NCBI GenBank assembly: GCA_034440375.1
Contig: JAWXBZ010000129.1
Span: forward strand, 1 to 36,117
Length of the DNA stretch: 36,117 nt
Direction: 5' to 3'
Source: Candidatus Eiseniibacteriota bacterium
GTDB taxonomy: Bacteria > Eisenbacteria > RBG-16-71-46 > JABDJR01 > JAWXBZ01
A program made the position numbers and the translations under genes. The notes beneath the pieces are model-generated. The model ran no database searches. It was given only the letters and a program-made list of their open reading frames with translations, and had not been told where the DNA came from. Each line of letters opens with the position of its first letter. Within the stretch, counting starts at the first letter, position 1. Positions 17,067 through 26,626 of this stretch are shown here, one piece after another.

Positions 17067-19277
17067 TCACCGCTCGCGAGTCGAATCCGGCGCGTCATCC
17101 CGCCACCCCTGGCGGCGATCGGTCGGCCAGAGCCGGTTGGCGGTTTCCATCATTGAGAGAAGTTCCAACCGGTCGGACCGTTCGCCAAGTCGGTGCATCG
17201 CCAGTCGTGCCTCCGCGATGACACCGTCAAGGCGGCTCCCCCTGGCCCAGAACGAGTGGCGCAGGATCTCGGCGAACTCGGCCACGGCGGCATCGAGATG
17301 GAAATCGGCAGGAAGCCGCTCGTCGTCAGACAGGATCATCGGCGAGAAGAGCCCCTTCGTGTCCTCCCGCACCTTGCCGGTCTCGACATCCTCGTAGCGG
17401 ATTCGAACCATGGCCAGCGGGTCCGGCGCCTGGCGGCCAACTACCGACGGCCGTGAAGTGGGTCGCTTGAGCTTCATCTCGAAGAGCGCCGTCACCTCAT
17501 GCCCGGCTCCGACCTCACCGGCGTCGATCGCGTCATTCCGGAAATTCTTGTCGGCGACGTCGCGGTTCTCATAGCCGATCAGGCGATACCGCTCGACCAG
17601 TGCCGGGTTGAACTCGATCTGGGCCTTGGCCTGACGCGCCACGGTCTGAAGCGTGCCGGTGAGTGATTCCACGAAGACCCGCCGGGCCTCGTCGAGATCA
17701 TCCACGTACCAGTAGCTGCCCTCGCCGTGATCGGCCAGTTTTTCCATCAGCACATCGTTGTAGTTGTCCATGCCGAATCCGACGGTCGTCAGTTCGATGC
17801 CGCGCCGCGCTTCGCCACGGATGACGTTCAGGATATCGTCGGCCTCCGTCAGGCCGACGTTGGCCACGCCATCCGAGCAGAGGATGATGCGATTGACCCG
17901 CCCTGGTTTGAGTGCGGCATCGGCCAGCCGGTACCCTTCACGAAGGCCGGCTTCGGCATTGGTGCTCCCCTCCGGCACGAGCCAGTCGATGGCCCGCTCG
18001 AGGTCGGCCCGCTTCGAGAGCGGCGTGTGAGGCAGGATGACCCGCGCCTCGGATCCGTACACGACGATGCCGACCTCGTCCCGGCGATCCATCTGGTCCA
18101 GCAGGAGCTTCAAGGCCAGCTTCACGAGGCTGAGTCGATTTTCCATGTCCATGGAACCGGACACGTCGACGACGAACGTCAAGGTGCACGGCTTTCGATC
18201 CACCACCGCCACCTCACGGGCCTTGAGCCCCACTCGCAATAACGTCAGGCCATTCCCGAACGGTGATGGCGCCGCCGCCAGGTGAATGTTGAAGACGTCC
18301 CGGGGGAGCAGCGTGCCGCCCATCCACATGGAGGCCGTCGTCGAAAGCGGCGGGGCATAGTCGTGTCGGATGGCATTGACGAATTCCTCCACCCGAACGG
18401 CCTCCGGCGGCGGCAGCGCCCCGCGTTCCAGCCAGGCCCGGGCTATGGTGAACGAGGCATTATCGACGTCCATCGCGAAGGTGGCCAGCGAATCCTCATT
18501 TGCGTTGATGAAGGGATTTGTCCCGGCCGACTCGAAGAAGGTGGCATCGAACGCCTCGCCGTTGACCGGTTCGGTGCCGCCGGTGCTCAGTATGCTGGTC
18601 AGCATGCCGGCGCCGGCCTCTGCCATGGCATTGGTCGCTATGTCCAACCCGCCCCCGCCCAGGGGATCGTTCACACGGATACCGTCGATCATGTAGGACA
18701 CCTCGCCGGATCGACCGCCACGGAAGTGGAGTTCTCCATTGCTCGACACCACGCCCGACTTGAGCGCAACCGTTTCCTGAAACGAGGTCACCGGCAAGGA
18801 CTCGAGGTCCTCCTTACCGATTTTCTGCCGGGTACTCGACGCGGTTCGAGCGATGCGGCTTTTCGTGGCCGTGACAATGATGTCCTGGAGTTCCCTGACG
18901 GCTTCGCCTGGTCCGGCTTCCGCCAGCTTCGGCCGGCGTGGCAGGGATGGCGCAGTCTGCAGTGCAGGCGGGGTCGAGGAAGGGACCGCGTCCATTGAGA
19001 TTGACCCACCGAGGTACGGCACCGTCATGAGGAGAGGGTCCCGCTCGAGCTGCGGTGTCGCTATCGGGCCTGCTGCCTGGTTCAAATAATACCTCGTCGT
19101 CGACTGCCGGACCGCCAGCACCAGCGTCGCCGCCGCGGTAGCCCCCAGCGCCCAGGGTCGTACGACCTCAAAAATCGTTCGGGACGGCTTCAGCGATCCC
19201 ATCTCCAGTTCGCGCCAGATGCGCTCGGACTCCGCGTCGGTCATCTGGTCCATGTCGTCGTCAAAGTGGCGTTTCAT
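17067..19277 (-). CDS. YfbK-like VWA-domain protein with N-terminal membrane anchor and TonB-plug-like domain
   Basis: TFAMDVDNASF..AVRVEEFVN (vWF-associated N-domain); MIDAS DVSGS; SDGVANVG; YRLIGYENR..F.ND..DAGEVGAGHEVTALFE (DUF3520-like); plug-like LHFRGGRSGEVSYMIDGI. Confidence 0.88.
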   Translation of the reverse strand: MKRHFDDDMDQMTDAESERIWRELEMGSLKPSRTIFEVVRPWALGATAAATLVLAVRQSTTRYYLNQAAGPIATPQLERDPLLMTVPYLGGSISMDAVPSSTPPALQTAPSLPRRPKLAEAGPGEAVRELQDIIVTATKSRIARTASSTRQKIGKEDLESLPVTSFQETVALKSGVVSSNGELHFRGGRSGEVSYMIDGIRVNDPLGGGGLDIATNAMAEAGAGMLTSILSTGGTEPVNGEAFDATFFESAGTNPFINANEDSLATFAMDVDNASFTIARAWLERGALPPPEAVRVEEFVNAIRHDYAPPLSTTASMWMGGTLLPRDVFNIHLAAAPSPFGNGLTLLRVGLKAREVAVVDRKPCTLTFVVDVSGSMDMENRLSLVKLALKLLLDQMDRRDEVGIVVYGSEARVILPHTPLSKRADLERAIDWLVPEGSTNAEAGLREGYRLADAALKPGRVNRIILCSDGVANVGLTEADDILNVIRGEARRGIELTTVGFGMDNYNDVLMEKLADHGEGSYWYVDDLDEARRVFVESLTGTLQTVARQAKAQIEFNPALVERYRLIGYENRDVADKNFRNDAIDAGEVGAGHEVTALFEMKLKRPTSRPSVVGRQAPDPLAMVRIRYEDVETGKVREDTKGLFSPMILSDDERLPADFHLDAAVAEFAEILRHSFWARGSRLDGVIAEARLAMHRLGERSDRLELLSMMETANRLWPTDRRQGWRDDAPDSTRER

Positions 19278-19852
19278 GATGGGTTCTCCTGCGCGCAGAG
19301 GCCGGTGCCGGAAAGGGGAACCGGGCCGAGGCGTCGCTTCAAAAGTTCCTTGGCGCGAAAGGCGTGCACGCGGGCGGTGGATTCCCGGATTCGCATGACC
19401 GCCGCAATATCGGCGTACGAGTAGTCAAACCAGACGTGGAGGAGGAGCGCAGTGCGCTGCGCCTCGGTCAGTGCGTGGAGGGCCGCCCGCAGCCGACGGC
19501 CGAGGAGGCCGGACGAGGGATCCGAGCCACCGGCCACATCCTCGAAACCCTCCGCGGACTGAAACCGCCGTCGCCACCGGGCGCACCGTCGCGACCAGTT
19601 CTTCATTCGTCGGACGGCGATCCCAAGGAGCCAGCTCTCGAGGCTGGCCTCGCCCCGGTACCCCTTTATTCCCGACATCGCGGCGAGATAGGTCTCCTGG
19701 AGGATTTCGAGCGATTCGTCCCGATTGCCGACCTGGTAGACGAGAAAGCCGAACAACCTCGGCCGCGTCGTCTCGTAGATTTCCTTCCAGGCGGCGAGGC
19801 TCCCGCCCCTCGCGCGGGCAGCCAGTTCCTGATCCTGTAGCGCAGCCGTCAT
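19274..19852 (-). CDS. ECF sigma-70 factor (alternative start 19930)
   Basis: EILQETYL...YRGEASLESWLLGIA; region 4 LTEAQRTALLL....YSYADIA..M....STARVHAFRA. The stop overlaps the VWA gene start (ATGA). Confidence 0.88.
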   Translation of the reverse strand: MTAALQDQELAARARGGSLAAWKEIYETTRPRLFGFLVYQVGNRDESLEILQETYLAAMSGIKGYRGEASLESWLLGIAVRRMKNWSRRCARWRRRFQSAEGFEDVAGGSDPSSGLLGRRLRAALHALTEAQRTALLLHVWFDYSYADIAAVMRIRESTARVHAFRAKELLKRRLGPVPLSGTGLCAQENPS

Positions 19853-20151
19853 CGTTGCCTGCTTCCCGGGCCCGGGTCCATGCCGGCTCGAAGGTCGAGC
19901 CTTCCCTGAGGGATTCACTGGTACCGTCACCGGAGGGGAGGATTTCGTTTACGATGCGCGAGGGATTCAAGGGGGTGGAATGCCACTCTCCTCATCTATA
20001 TGGATGATTGCCGTGGTGGACCACTGTGAATTGACTTGTTGCCATGCAGGAAAATGCCAATCAGCGGCATTTCCGGCCTCCGGAGGACTCGATGAATCGA
20101 CACCTGCGGCAACCTGATCGGGCTGGCAGAGGAGGTTTGACTTAACCCGCC

Positions 20152-22404
20152 ATGCGGACCCACGTCCTCGGCGGCGGCCCCGCCGGCCTGTACCTCGGCA
20201 TCCTGCGGAAGCGGGGCGATCCCGCCCACCAGGTCACGATCTTCGAGCGAAATCGCCCCGGAGACACGTTCGGGTGGGGCGTGGTCTTTTCCGATCAGAC
20301 TCTTGGAAACCTGAAAGCGGCGGACGAGCCGACCTACGAGGCAATCCTCAACAACTTCGCCCACTGGGATGACATCGACATTCATTTCAAGGGGCGGACG
20401 ATCACCTCATCGGGGCACGGCTTCTGTGGGATCTCGCGGCACCTGCTCGTGGCGATTCTGCAGAAGCGGGCGGCGGAGCTGGGTGTCGATGTTCGATACC
20501 AGACGGAGGTGGCTGACCTCGCTTCGCTACATGATGCCGACCTGATCGTGGCGGCCGATGGGGTGAAGAGCCTGGTCCGCCGCGCACACGAAGAAGTTTT
20601 TCGGCCGTCCCTCGATGTCCGATCGGCCCGCTACATCTGGCTGGGCACGACGCGATTGTTCGACGCCTTCACCTTCATCGTCAAGGAGACGCCCCACGGC
20701 GTCTTCCAGGTACACGCTTATCGATTCGATCAGGAGCATTCGGCATTCATCGTCGAATGCGACGAGGCCTCGTATGTCCGCGCGGGGCTCGACAAGCAGG
20801 ACGCTGCCGGTGCCGTGGCCTTCAGCGAGGCGCTGTTTGGCCCCTGGCTTGACGGCCATCGGCTGATCCACAACGCGCCGCATATGTCCCGGGAGCCGTG
20901 GCAGCGGTTCACCGTGGTGAAGAACGAACGCTGGTACCACGACAACATCGTCCTGATCGGCGATGCCGCGCACACGGCCCACTTCTCGATCGGCTCCGGC
21001 ACCAAGCTGGCGATGGAGGATTCCATCGCGCTGGCACATCACCTGCAGCATGCGTCGTCATTGCCGGAGGCGCTCGAGGCCTATCAGACCGAGCGAATGA
21101 GCGAGGCGCTGCGCCTTCAGAACGCCGCCCGCAATTCGATGGAATGGTTCGAGAATGTGCCGCGCTACATCGGCCTCGAGCCCGAGCAGTTCGCCTACAG
21201 CCTGCTGACCCGCAGCCAGCGCCTGACGCACGAAAACCTGCGACTGCGTGATGCCGACTACGTGGCCAGCGTCGAGCGATGGTTCGCCGCTGGCAAGGAG
21301 GCGACTCCGCCGATGTTTACGCCGTATCGGCTGCGTGATATGGAATTAACGAACCGAATCGTCGTGGCTCCCATGGACATGTACAGCGCCACGGACGGGA
21401 TGCCCGGCGACTTTCATCTCGTTCACCTGGGCGGGCTGGCCATGGGGGGTGCAGGACTTATCCACACGGAGATGACCTGCACAAGCCCGGAGGGACGAAT
21501 CACCCCCGGCTGCACCGGCATCTGGAATGACGAACAGGCCGCGGCATGGAAGCATATCGTCGACTTCGTCCACGGGCATGGCTCCGCAAAGATTTGCCTC
21601 CAGCTTGGCCACTGCGGCCGCAAGGGCTCGACCAATCTCATGTGGGTCGACATGGATGGCGCCCTGCCCGAAGGAAACTGGCCGGTCATCGCGCCGAGTC
21701 CAATTCCATACAAGTTCGGCATGCAGATGCCGCGCGAGATGTCCCGCGGCGAAATGGATCGGGTGCGCGCCGAGTTCGTGAATTCGGTGCGGTTCGGCCT
21801 GACGGCCGGATTTGACATGATCGAGTTGCATGCCGCGCATGGCTATCTTTTGTCGAGCTTCATCACGCCGATCAGCAACCAGCGAGCGGATGAGTACGGC
21901 GGGTCACTTGAGAACCGGCTGCGCTATCCGCTGGAAGTCTTTCGAGCCATGCGGGCCGAGTGGCCAAAGGAAAAACCGATGTCCGTCCGCATTTCCGCCA
22001 GCGACTGGGTTGCCGGCGGCCTGACAACCGACGAATCCGTGGCCGTGGCCCGCGCCTTACACGAAGCGGGCGCCGACATCATCCACGTCTCGACTGGCCT
22101 GACTTCAGGGGATTCGCGGCCTGTGTACGGCCGACTTTTCCAAACGCCCTTCAGTGATCGAATCCGGAATGAGGGCAAGGTTCCCACCATCACCGTCGGC
22201 AACATCACCGCCGCCGAACAGGTCAACATGATCCTGGCCGGCGGCCGCGCCGACCTGGTCGCTCTGGCCCGCCCGCACCTGGCCGACCCGCACTGGACGC
22301 TAAGGGCGGCGGCGGAGTTGGGATTTACGGGGGTGGAGTGGACGCCGCAATATCAGGCGGGGCGGTTGCAGATGGAGCGGGAGTTGGGGCGGAAGGGGAA
22401 ATAG
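20152..22404 (+). CDS. Bifunctional anthraniloyl-CoA/salicylyl-CoA monooxygenase-reductase (AbmA-like)
   Basis: FAD monooxygenase half ([37 protein letters not shown]) fused to an OYE-type half ([33 protein letters not shown]). Confidence 0.93.
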   Translation: MRTHVLGGGPAGLYLGILRKRGDPAHQVTIFERNRPGDTFGWGVVFSDQTLGNLKAADEPTYEAILNNFAHWDDIDIHFKGRTITSSGHGFCGISRHLLVAILQKRAAELGVDVRYQTEVADLASLHDADLIVAADGVKSLVRRAHEEVFRPSLDVRSARYIWLGTTRLFDAFTFIVKETPHGVFQVHAYRFDQEHSAFIVECDEASYVRAGLDKQDAAGAVAFSEALFGPWLDGHRLIHNAPHMSREPWQRFTVVKNERWYHDNIVLIGDAAHTAHFSIGSGTKLAMEDSIALAHHLQHASSLPEALEAYQTERMSEALRLQNAARNSMEWFENVPRYIGLEPEQFAYSLLTRSQRLTHENLRLRDADYVASVERWFAAGKEATPPMFTPYRLRDMELTNRIVVAPMDMYSATDGMPGDFHLVHLGGLAMGGAGLIHTEMTCTSPEGRITPGCTGIWNDEQAAAWKHIVDFVHGHGSAKICLQLGHCGRKGSTNLMWVDMDGALPEGNWPVIAPSPIPYKFGMQMPREMSRGEMDRVRAEFVNSVRFGLTAGFDMIELHAAHGYLLSSFITPISNQRADEYGGSLENRLRYPLEVFRAMRAEWPKEKPMSVRISASDWVAGGLTTDESVAVARALHEAGADIIHVSTGLTSGDSRPVYGRLFQTPFSDRIRNEGKVPTITVGNITAAEQVNMILAGGRADLVALARPHLADPHWTLRAAAELGFTGVEWTPQYQAGRLQMERELGRKGK

Positions 22405-23011
22405 GGGTACTCGACGGATGCCAACGCGAAAAACCTCCTTGAGAAATCTAAAGTGTTACCTTTGGATTCTCAATCATGGTTCGCTCAGGAACTCGCTACG
22501 CGTGTTCAGGAACAGGAAGTCATTCGGGTCTCGTTCCAAGGGAATCAAGTGAGCCCGGAGTCAGAGTCCTCTGGTCCCTGCAGATGGATGGTCTTGCTCC
22601 CAAGCTTCTGAAGAACGATTTCGCCAGTACAGAGCAGGCGGGCGGCAGCCCCCGTGCTGCGGCCGCCAGAGCGTTTCCATTGATTGGAGTGAGGGTTCTT
22701 GCTTCCGTTCCCACCTCGACCACGGGAATTCCGGGCCGAACAGTACGGCCGTTTGTTCACCTATTGTTTCAGTCGGTCAATTTCGACGGCACATTGGGGA
22801 GCGTTCAGTCATCTTCACTCACGCGTACACCGTGGCACCGATCCCTTACGGACTGGACTTCATTGATGATCGTTATCTTGTCGATGGAACAACGTTGTGG
22901 CAACGCATCCCGGTGGTGATGATGCTTTCGACAAGTTCCATTTCCCTTTATGATGCAACGGCTCAGGAGTGAGAGAGTCACCAAATGTGGATCGGAGTTG
23001 AGGCCCGTCGT

Positions 23012-23821
23012 ATGAACCAAACCCGCCCCCTAGCCGGCCGCCCCGCCATCGTCACCGGCGCCGGCCGCGGCATCGGCCTCGCCATCGCCACGGAACTGGC
23101 TTCGCTCGGCGCCTCGGTCGCATTGCTCGGCCGCGACGAGGAAAAGCTGCGTGAAGCCGCCGCCCGCCTGACCGACGCCTTCGACGGCCCGCACACCCCG
23201 GCACATGGACAGCATGCCATCGCGCTGACCTGCGATGTCACCAGTGACGACTCGGTAGCCATGGCATTTGCCGAGGTGCGGCGGCGGCTGGGAGACATCG
23301 CCATCCTGGTGAATAACGCGGGGGTGGCGCCGGCGGCTTCGATCATGGAGATGACGCTCGAACAGTGGCATCAGGCTTTCGATGTCAACGTAACCGGTGC
23401 CTGGCGTTGTGTGCGGCAGGTCGTTCCCGGGATGATGACGCGGGGTGAGGGGCGGATCATCCATGTGGCATCGACGGCGGGGCTCAAGGGTTACGCGGGC
23501 GTATCGGCGTATGTATCGTCGAAGCATGCGCTCATCGGGCTGACGCGAGCGCTGGCGCTCGAGTTGGGGCCGAATGGAATCACGGTGAACGCGGTGTGCC
23601 CCGGGTACACGGAGACGGACATGGCGAAAGAGGCCATCGACAACCTGGTTCGCGTGCGAAGTCTCTCGCCGGAGGAGGCGCGGGCGAAGCTGGCGCGGCA
23701 CAATCCCTCGGGGCGATTGGTCGAGCCGCATGAAGTGGCCTCCGTGGTGGGGTGGCTTTGCCTGCCGGAATCGGGGTCGATCACGGGGCAGGCCATCGCG
23801 GTGGCGGGAGGGGAGATCTGA
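23012..23821 (+). CDS. Short-chain dehydrogenase/reductase (3-hydroxyacyl-CoA dehydrogenase-like)
   Basis: [17 protein letters not shown] catalytic YxxxK, NAVCPG. Confidence 0.92.
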   Translation: MNQTRPLAGRPAIVTGAGRGIGLAIATELASLGASVALLGRDEEKLREAAARLTDAFDGPHTPAHGQHAIALTCDVTSDDSVAMAFAEVRRRLGDIAILVNNAGVAPAASIMEMTLEQWHQAFDVNVTGAWRCVRQVVPGMMTRGEGRIIHVASTAGLKGYAGVSAYVSSKHALIGLTRALALELGPNGITVNAVCPGYTETDMAKEAIDNLVRVRSLSPEEARAKLARHNPSGRLVEPHEVASVVGWLCLPESGSITGQAIAVAGGEI

Positions 23822-24645
23822 TGACGCTCGCGGCTGGTTGGACGCCGAAGCACTTTCAGTGGGCGGTAAGTGATCGCGTGGCTACGATCACGTTGTCGCG
23901 ACCGGAAAAGAAAAACCCGCTCACGTTCGAGTCGTACTGCGAGTTGACCGATACGTTTCGGGCTCTGGAAAGTGTCGACGATGTTCGGGCCGTGGTGCTG
24001 GCAGGCGCAGGTGGCAATTTCTGTTCCGGCGGTGATGTGCGCGAGATCATCGGGCCCTTGGTCGAATTCAAGAACGCGGGACGGATCGACAAGCTGCGGG
24101 AGTTCACGCATCTCACCGGATCTCTTGTCATCGCGATGCGGGCTTGCCCGCAACCGATCGTGGCAGCCATTGATGGCATCTGCGCGGGAGCGGGAGCCAT
24201 CCTGGCCATGGCCAGCGACATTCGCTTCGGCACGGCTGCGAGCAAAGTGGGCTTTCTCTTCGTGAAGGTGGGCCTCTCGGGTGCGGACATGGGGGCGTGC
24301 GCGCTGTTGCCCCGGATCATCGGGCAGGGGCGTGCGTCCGAACTTCTCTACACCGGGCGGTTCATGGACGGGGCGGAGGCGGAGCGGTGGGGGTTTTACA
24401 ATGCCATCATCTCTCCGGAGGATTTGGCGGGACACGCACAAGGATTCGCCCGTGACCTGGCCAACGGGCCCTCATTCGCCCATGGCATGACCAAGAAGTG
24501 CCTGCACCATGAGTGGGGGATGGGGCTGGACCAGGCCATCCAGTTCGAGGCGGAGGCTCAGGCCATCTGTATGAAGACGGGGGACTTTGAACGGGCATAT
24601 CGGGCATTCGTGGAGGGTTCAAAATCTGGATTTCAGGGTGACTGA
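23821..24645 (+). CDS. Enoyl-CoA hydratase/crotonase-family protein
   Basis: [39 protein letters not shown] coupling to the SDR gene. Confidence 0.92.
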   Translation: MTLAAGWTPKHFQWAVSDRVATITLSRPEKKNPLTFESYCELTDTFRALESVDDVRAVVLAGAGGNFCSGGDVREIIGPLVEFKNAGRIDKLREFTHLTGSLVIAMRACPQPIVAAIDGICAGAGAILAMASDIRFGTAASKVGFLFVKVGLSGADMGACALLPRIIGQGRASELLYTGRFMDGAEAERWGFYNAIISPEDLAGHAQGFARDLANGPSFAHGMTKKCLHHEWGMGLDQAIQFEAEAQAICMKTGDFERAYRAFVEGSKSGFQGD

Positions 24646-24683
24646 ATCGGTAATATAATGAAACATAAATAGATAGAAGATTA

Positions 24684-24719
24684 TTGACATCAAAGCACCA
24701 AAATCTCTATGCTTGGATG
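24684..24719 (+). promoter_or_regulatory. Sigma70-type vapBC promoter with overlapping inverted-repeat operator
   Basis: TTGACA (24684-24689)-N18-TATGCT (24708-24713); inverted repeat CATCAAAGCA (24688-24697) / TGCTTGGATG (24710-24719), 9/10 match. Confidence 0.65.
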
Positions 24720-24968
24720 ATGAGAACCACCCTTACATTAGATGACGATGTGGCGGCCCAGCTCGGTCGGGCCCGGAAACGCTACCGGGGGAAGCTGCGG
24801 GATCTGATCAACGAGGCGCTTCGGGCAGGGTTGGCGCGGCTCGATGAGCCAAGGATATCGGACGAGCCATTTCAAACGCGATCGGTTGACCTGGGACGGA
24901 TAAAACTCGCGAATCTCGATGACATTGCCGAGGTCCTGTCGATCGCCGAGGGTGACGACTTCAAGTGA
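24720..24968 (+). CDS. vapB: VapB-type ribbon-helix-helix antitoxin
   Basis: MRTTLTLDDDV...LINEALRAGL..F.T..VDLG..DDIAEVL; GTGA overlap with the toxin gene. Confidence 0.88.
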   Translation: MRTTLTLDDDVAAQLGRARKRYRGKLRDLINEALRAGLARLDEPRISDEPFQTRSVDLGRIKLANLDDIAEVLSIAEGDDFK

Positions 24969-25393
24969 TCCTCGTTGACTCGAACCTTCTAATCTATGCT
25001 CATTCCAAGCGCTCGCCGCAGCATGCGGCGGCGAAAACCTGGCTAGATGACCGCCTGAGCCGGCCGGGTGCAGTAGGTCTTCCATGGATGTCATTGCTAG
25101 CCTTCGCCCGAATTGTCACGAATCCGCGGGTGGCCGAAAATCCGGAGACGATCGCCGACGCCTGGCAGCAAGTGCGTGAATGGCTCGGCCGCCGAAATGT
25201 TTGGATTCCCCAACCGGGAGAACTGCATGCCGAAATCATTGGAAAGCTGCTGATGAACTCTGGATTCAAGGCCAACCTGGTACCAGATGCCCATCTGGCG
25301 GCACTGGCCATCGAGCACGGTTTGACGCTCTGCTCGGCGGATGGCGACTTCGCTCGTTTCCCCGGCCTGAACTGGCTGAATCCCATTGCCTGA
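24965..25393 (+). CDS. vapC: VapC PIN-domain ribonuclease toxin
   Basis: [46 protein letters not shown]...NP. Confidence 0.93.
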   Translation: MILVDSNLLIYAHSKRSPQHAAAKTWLDDRLSRPGAVGLPWMSLLAFARIVTNPRVAENPETIADAWQQVREWLGRRNVWIPQPGELHAEIIGKLLMNSGFKANLVPDAHLAALAIEHGLTLCSADGDFARFPGLNWLNPIA

Positions 25394-26598
25394 TGCCTGA
25401 CACCACCTACCTGACCTGGCCCTTCTTCGATGAATCCCACCGTCCCCTGGCAACCGATCTGGAAGCCTGGTGCGTTCGCGAGATAGCCCCGCGTGTCGAG
25501 CACGAGGAAGCTGATCTCGATGCCGCCTGTCGTGACTACGTGCGCCGGCTCGGCGCCGGTGGCTGGCTGGCATACCTCATGCCGGCCGCGCATGGAGGCG
25601 TGTTCGCCCAGCCCGACCTGCGCAGCCTCTGCCTGATCCGCGAGACGCTGGGGCGGTATTCGCCGCTGGCGGATTTCTGTTTCGCGCTGCAGGGTCTGGG
25701 TTCGTTTCCGATCAGCCGATTCGGCACGCCGGAGCAGCAGTCGCACTGGCTGCCGCGGGTGCGCTCGGGTGAGGTCGTGACCGCCTTTGCCATTTCCGAG
25801 CCGGATGGTGGTTCCGACGTGGCGGCCATGACCACATCCGCGGAACGCGAGGGCGATGACTGGGTCCTGAGTGGTACCAAGACCTGGATCAGCAATGCGG
25901 GGATTGCCGACTACTACGTGGTCTTTGCGCGGTGGCCGGAAGGTGGGGAGAAATCGTTCGTGGCGCTGCTCGTCGAGGGGGATCGGCCGGGCCTTGATGC
26001 CTCCGAGCGGATCGAGGTAATGGCGCCCCATCCGATCGGGACGCTGCACTTCCGTGACTGCCGGGTACCGAACGGAAACCTGATCGGCGAACCGGGCGGT
26101 GGGCTCAAGGTGGCGCTGGCCACGCTCGACCTGTTCCGCTCGACCGTGGGCGCCGCGGCGCTGGGGTATGCGCGGCGGGCGCTGGATGAGGCGGCGGCCT
26201 GGAGCCAGACGCGGCGGACTTACGGAAAATCGCTGTCCGAACATCAGATGACGCGAGCGAAGCTGGCCGACATGGCGGTGGCCGTGGATGCCATGGCGCT
26301 ACTGGTCTATCGCGCCGGGTGGGTCTACGATCTGGGGGCCGGGCGGCGGGTGACCCGGGAGGCGGCGATGGCCAAGCTCTTCGCCACCGAGGCGGCCTCG
26401 AGAGTCATCGATGATGCGGTGCAGCTCTTCGGCGGGCGCGGCGTCATGAAGGGGCATCCGGTCGAGCGGCTTTATCGCGAGATTCGGGCGCTGCGGATTT
26501 ACGAGGGCGCCTCGGAAATCCAGAAAATCATCATCGCCAACCAGGTCCTGACGCCCGAGGCGGCCCGCGCCGCCCGGACGCCGCCGGACAACACCTAG
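25393..26598 (+). CDS. Acyl-CoA dehydrogenase
   Basis: [58 protein letters not shown]. Confidence 0.93.
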   Translation: MPDTTYLTWPFFDESHRPLATDLEAWCVREIAPRVEHEEADLDAACRDYVRRLGAGGWLAYLMPAAHGGVFAQPDLRSLCLIRETLGRYSPLADFCFALQGLGSFPISRFGTPEQQSHWLPRVRSGEVVTAFAISEPDGGSDVAAMTTSAEREGDDWVLSGTKTWISNAGIADYYVVFARWPEGGEKSFVALLVEGDRPGLDASERIEVMAPHPIGTLHFRDCRVPNGNLIGEPGGGLKVALATLDLFRSTVGAAALGYARRALDEAAAWSQTRRTYGKSLSEHQMTRAKLADMAVAVDAMALLVYRAGWVYDLGAGRRVTREAAMAKLFATEAASRVIDDAVQLFGGRGVMKGHPVERLYREIRALRIYEGASEIQKIIIANQVLTPEAARAARTPPDNT

Positions 26599-26626
26599 CC
26601 GGGCCGATCCGCCCGTGGAGATCGTC

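Noticed and set aside
22433-22459. Possible fourth AT-rich dyad
   Set aside because: Only the right half (TAA-N4-TTA) fits; the spacing to the left half differs.
25180-25392. N-terminal extension of the acyl-CoA dehydrogenase in the ORF track
   Set aside because: Overlaps vapC; family similarity begins at ATG 25393.
25000-26244. 414-aa minus-strand ORF
   Set aside because: Antisense shadow of vapC and the acyl-CoA dehydrogenase.
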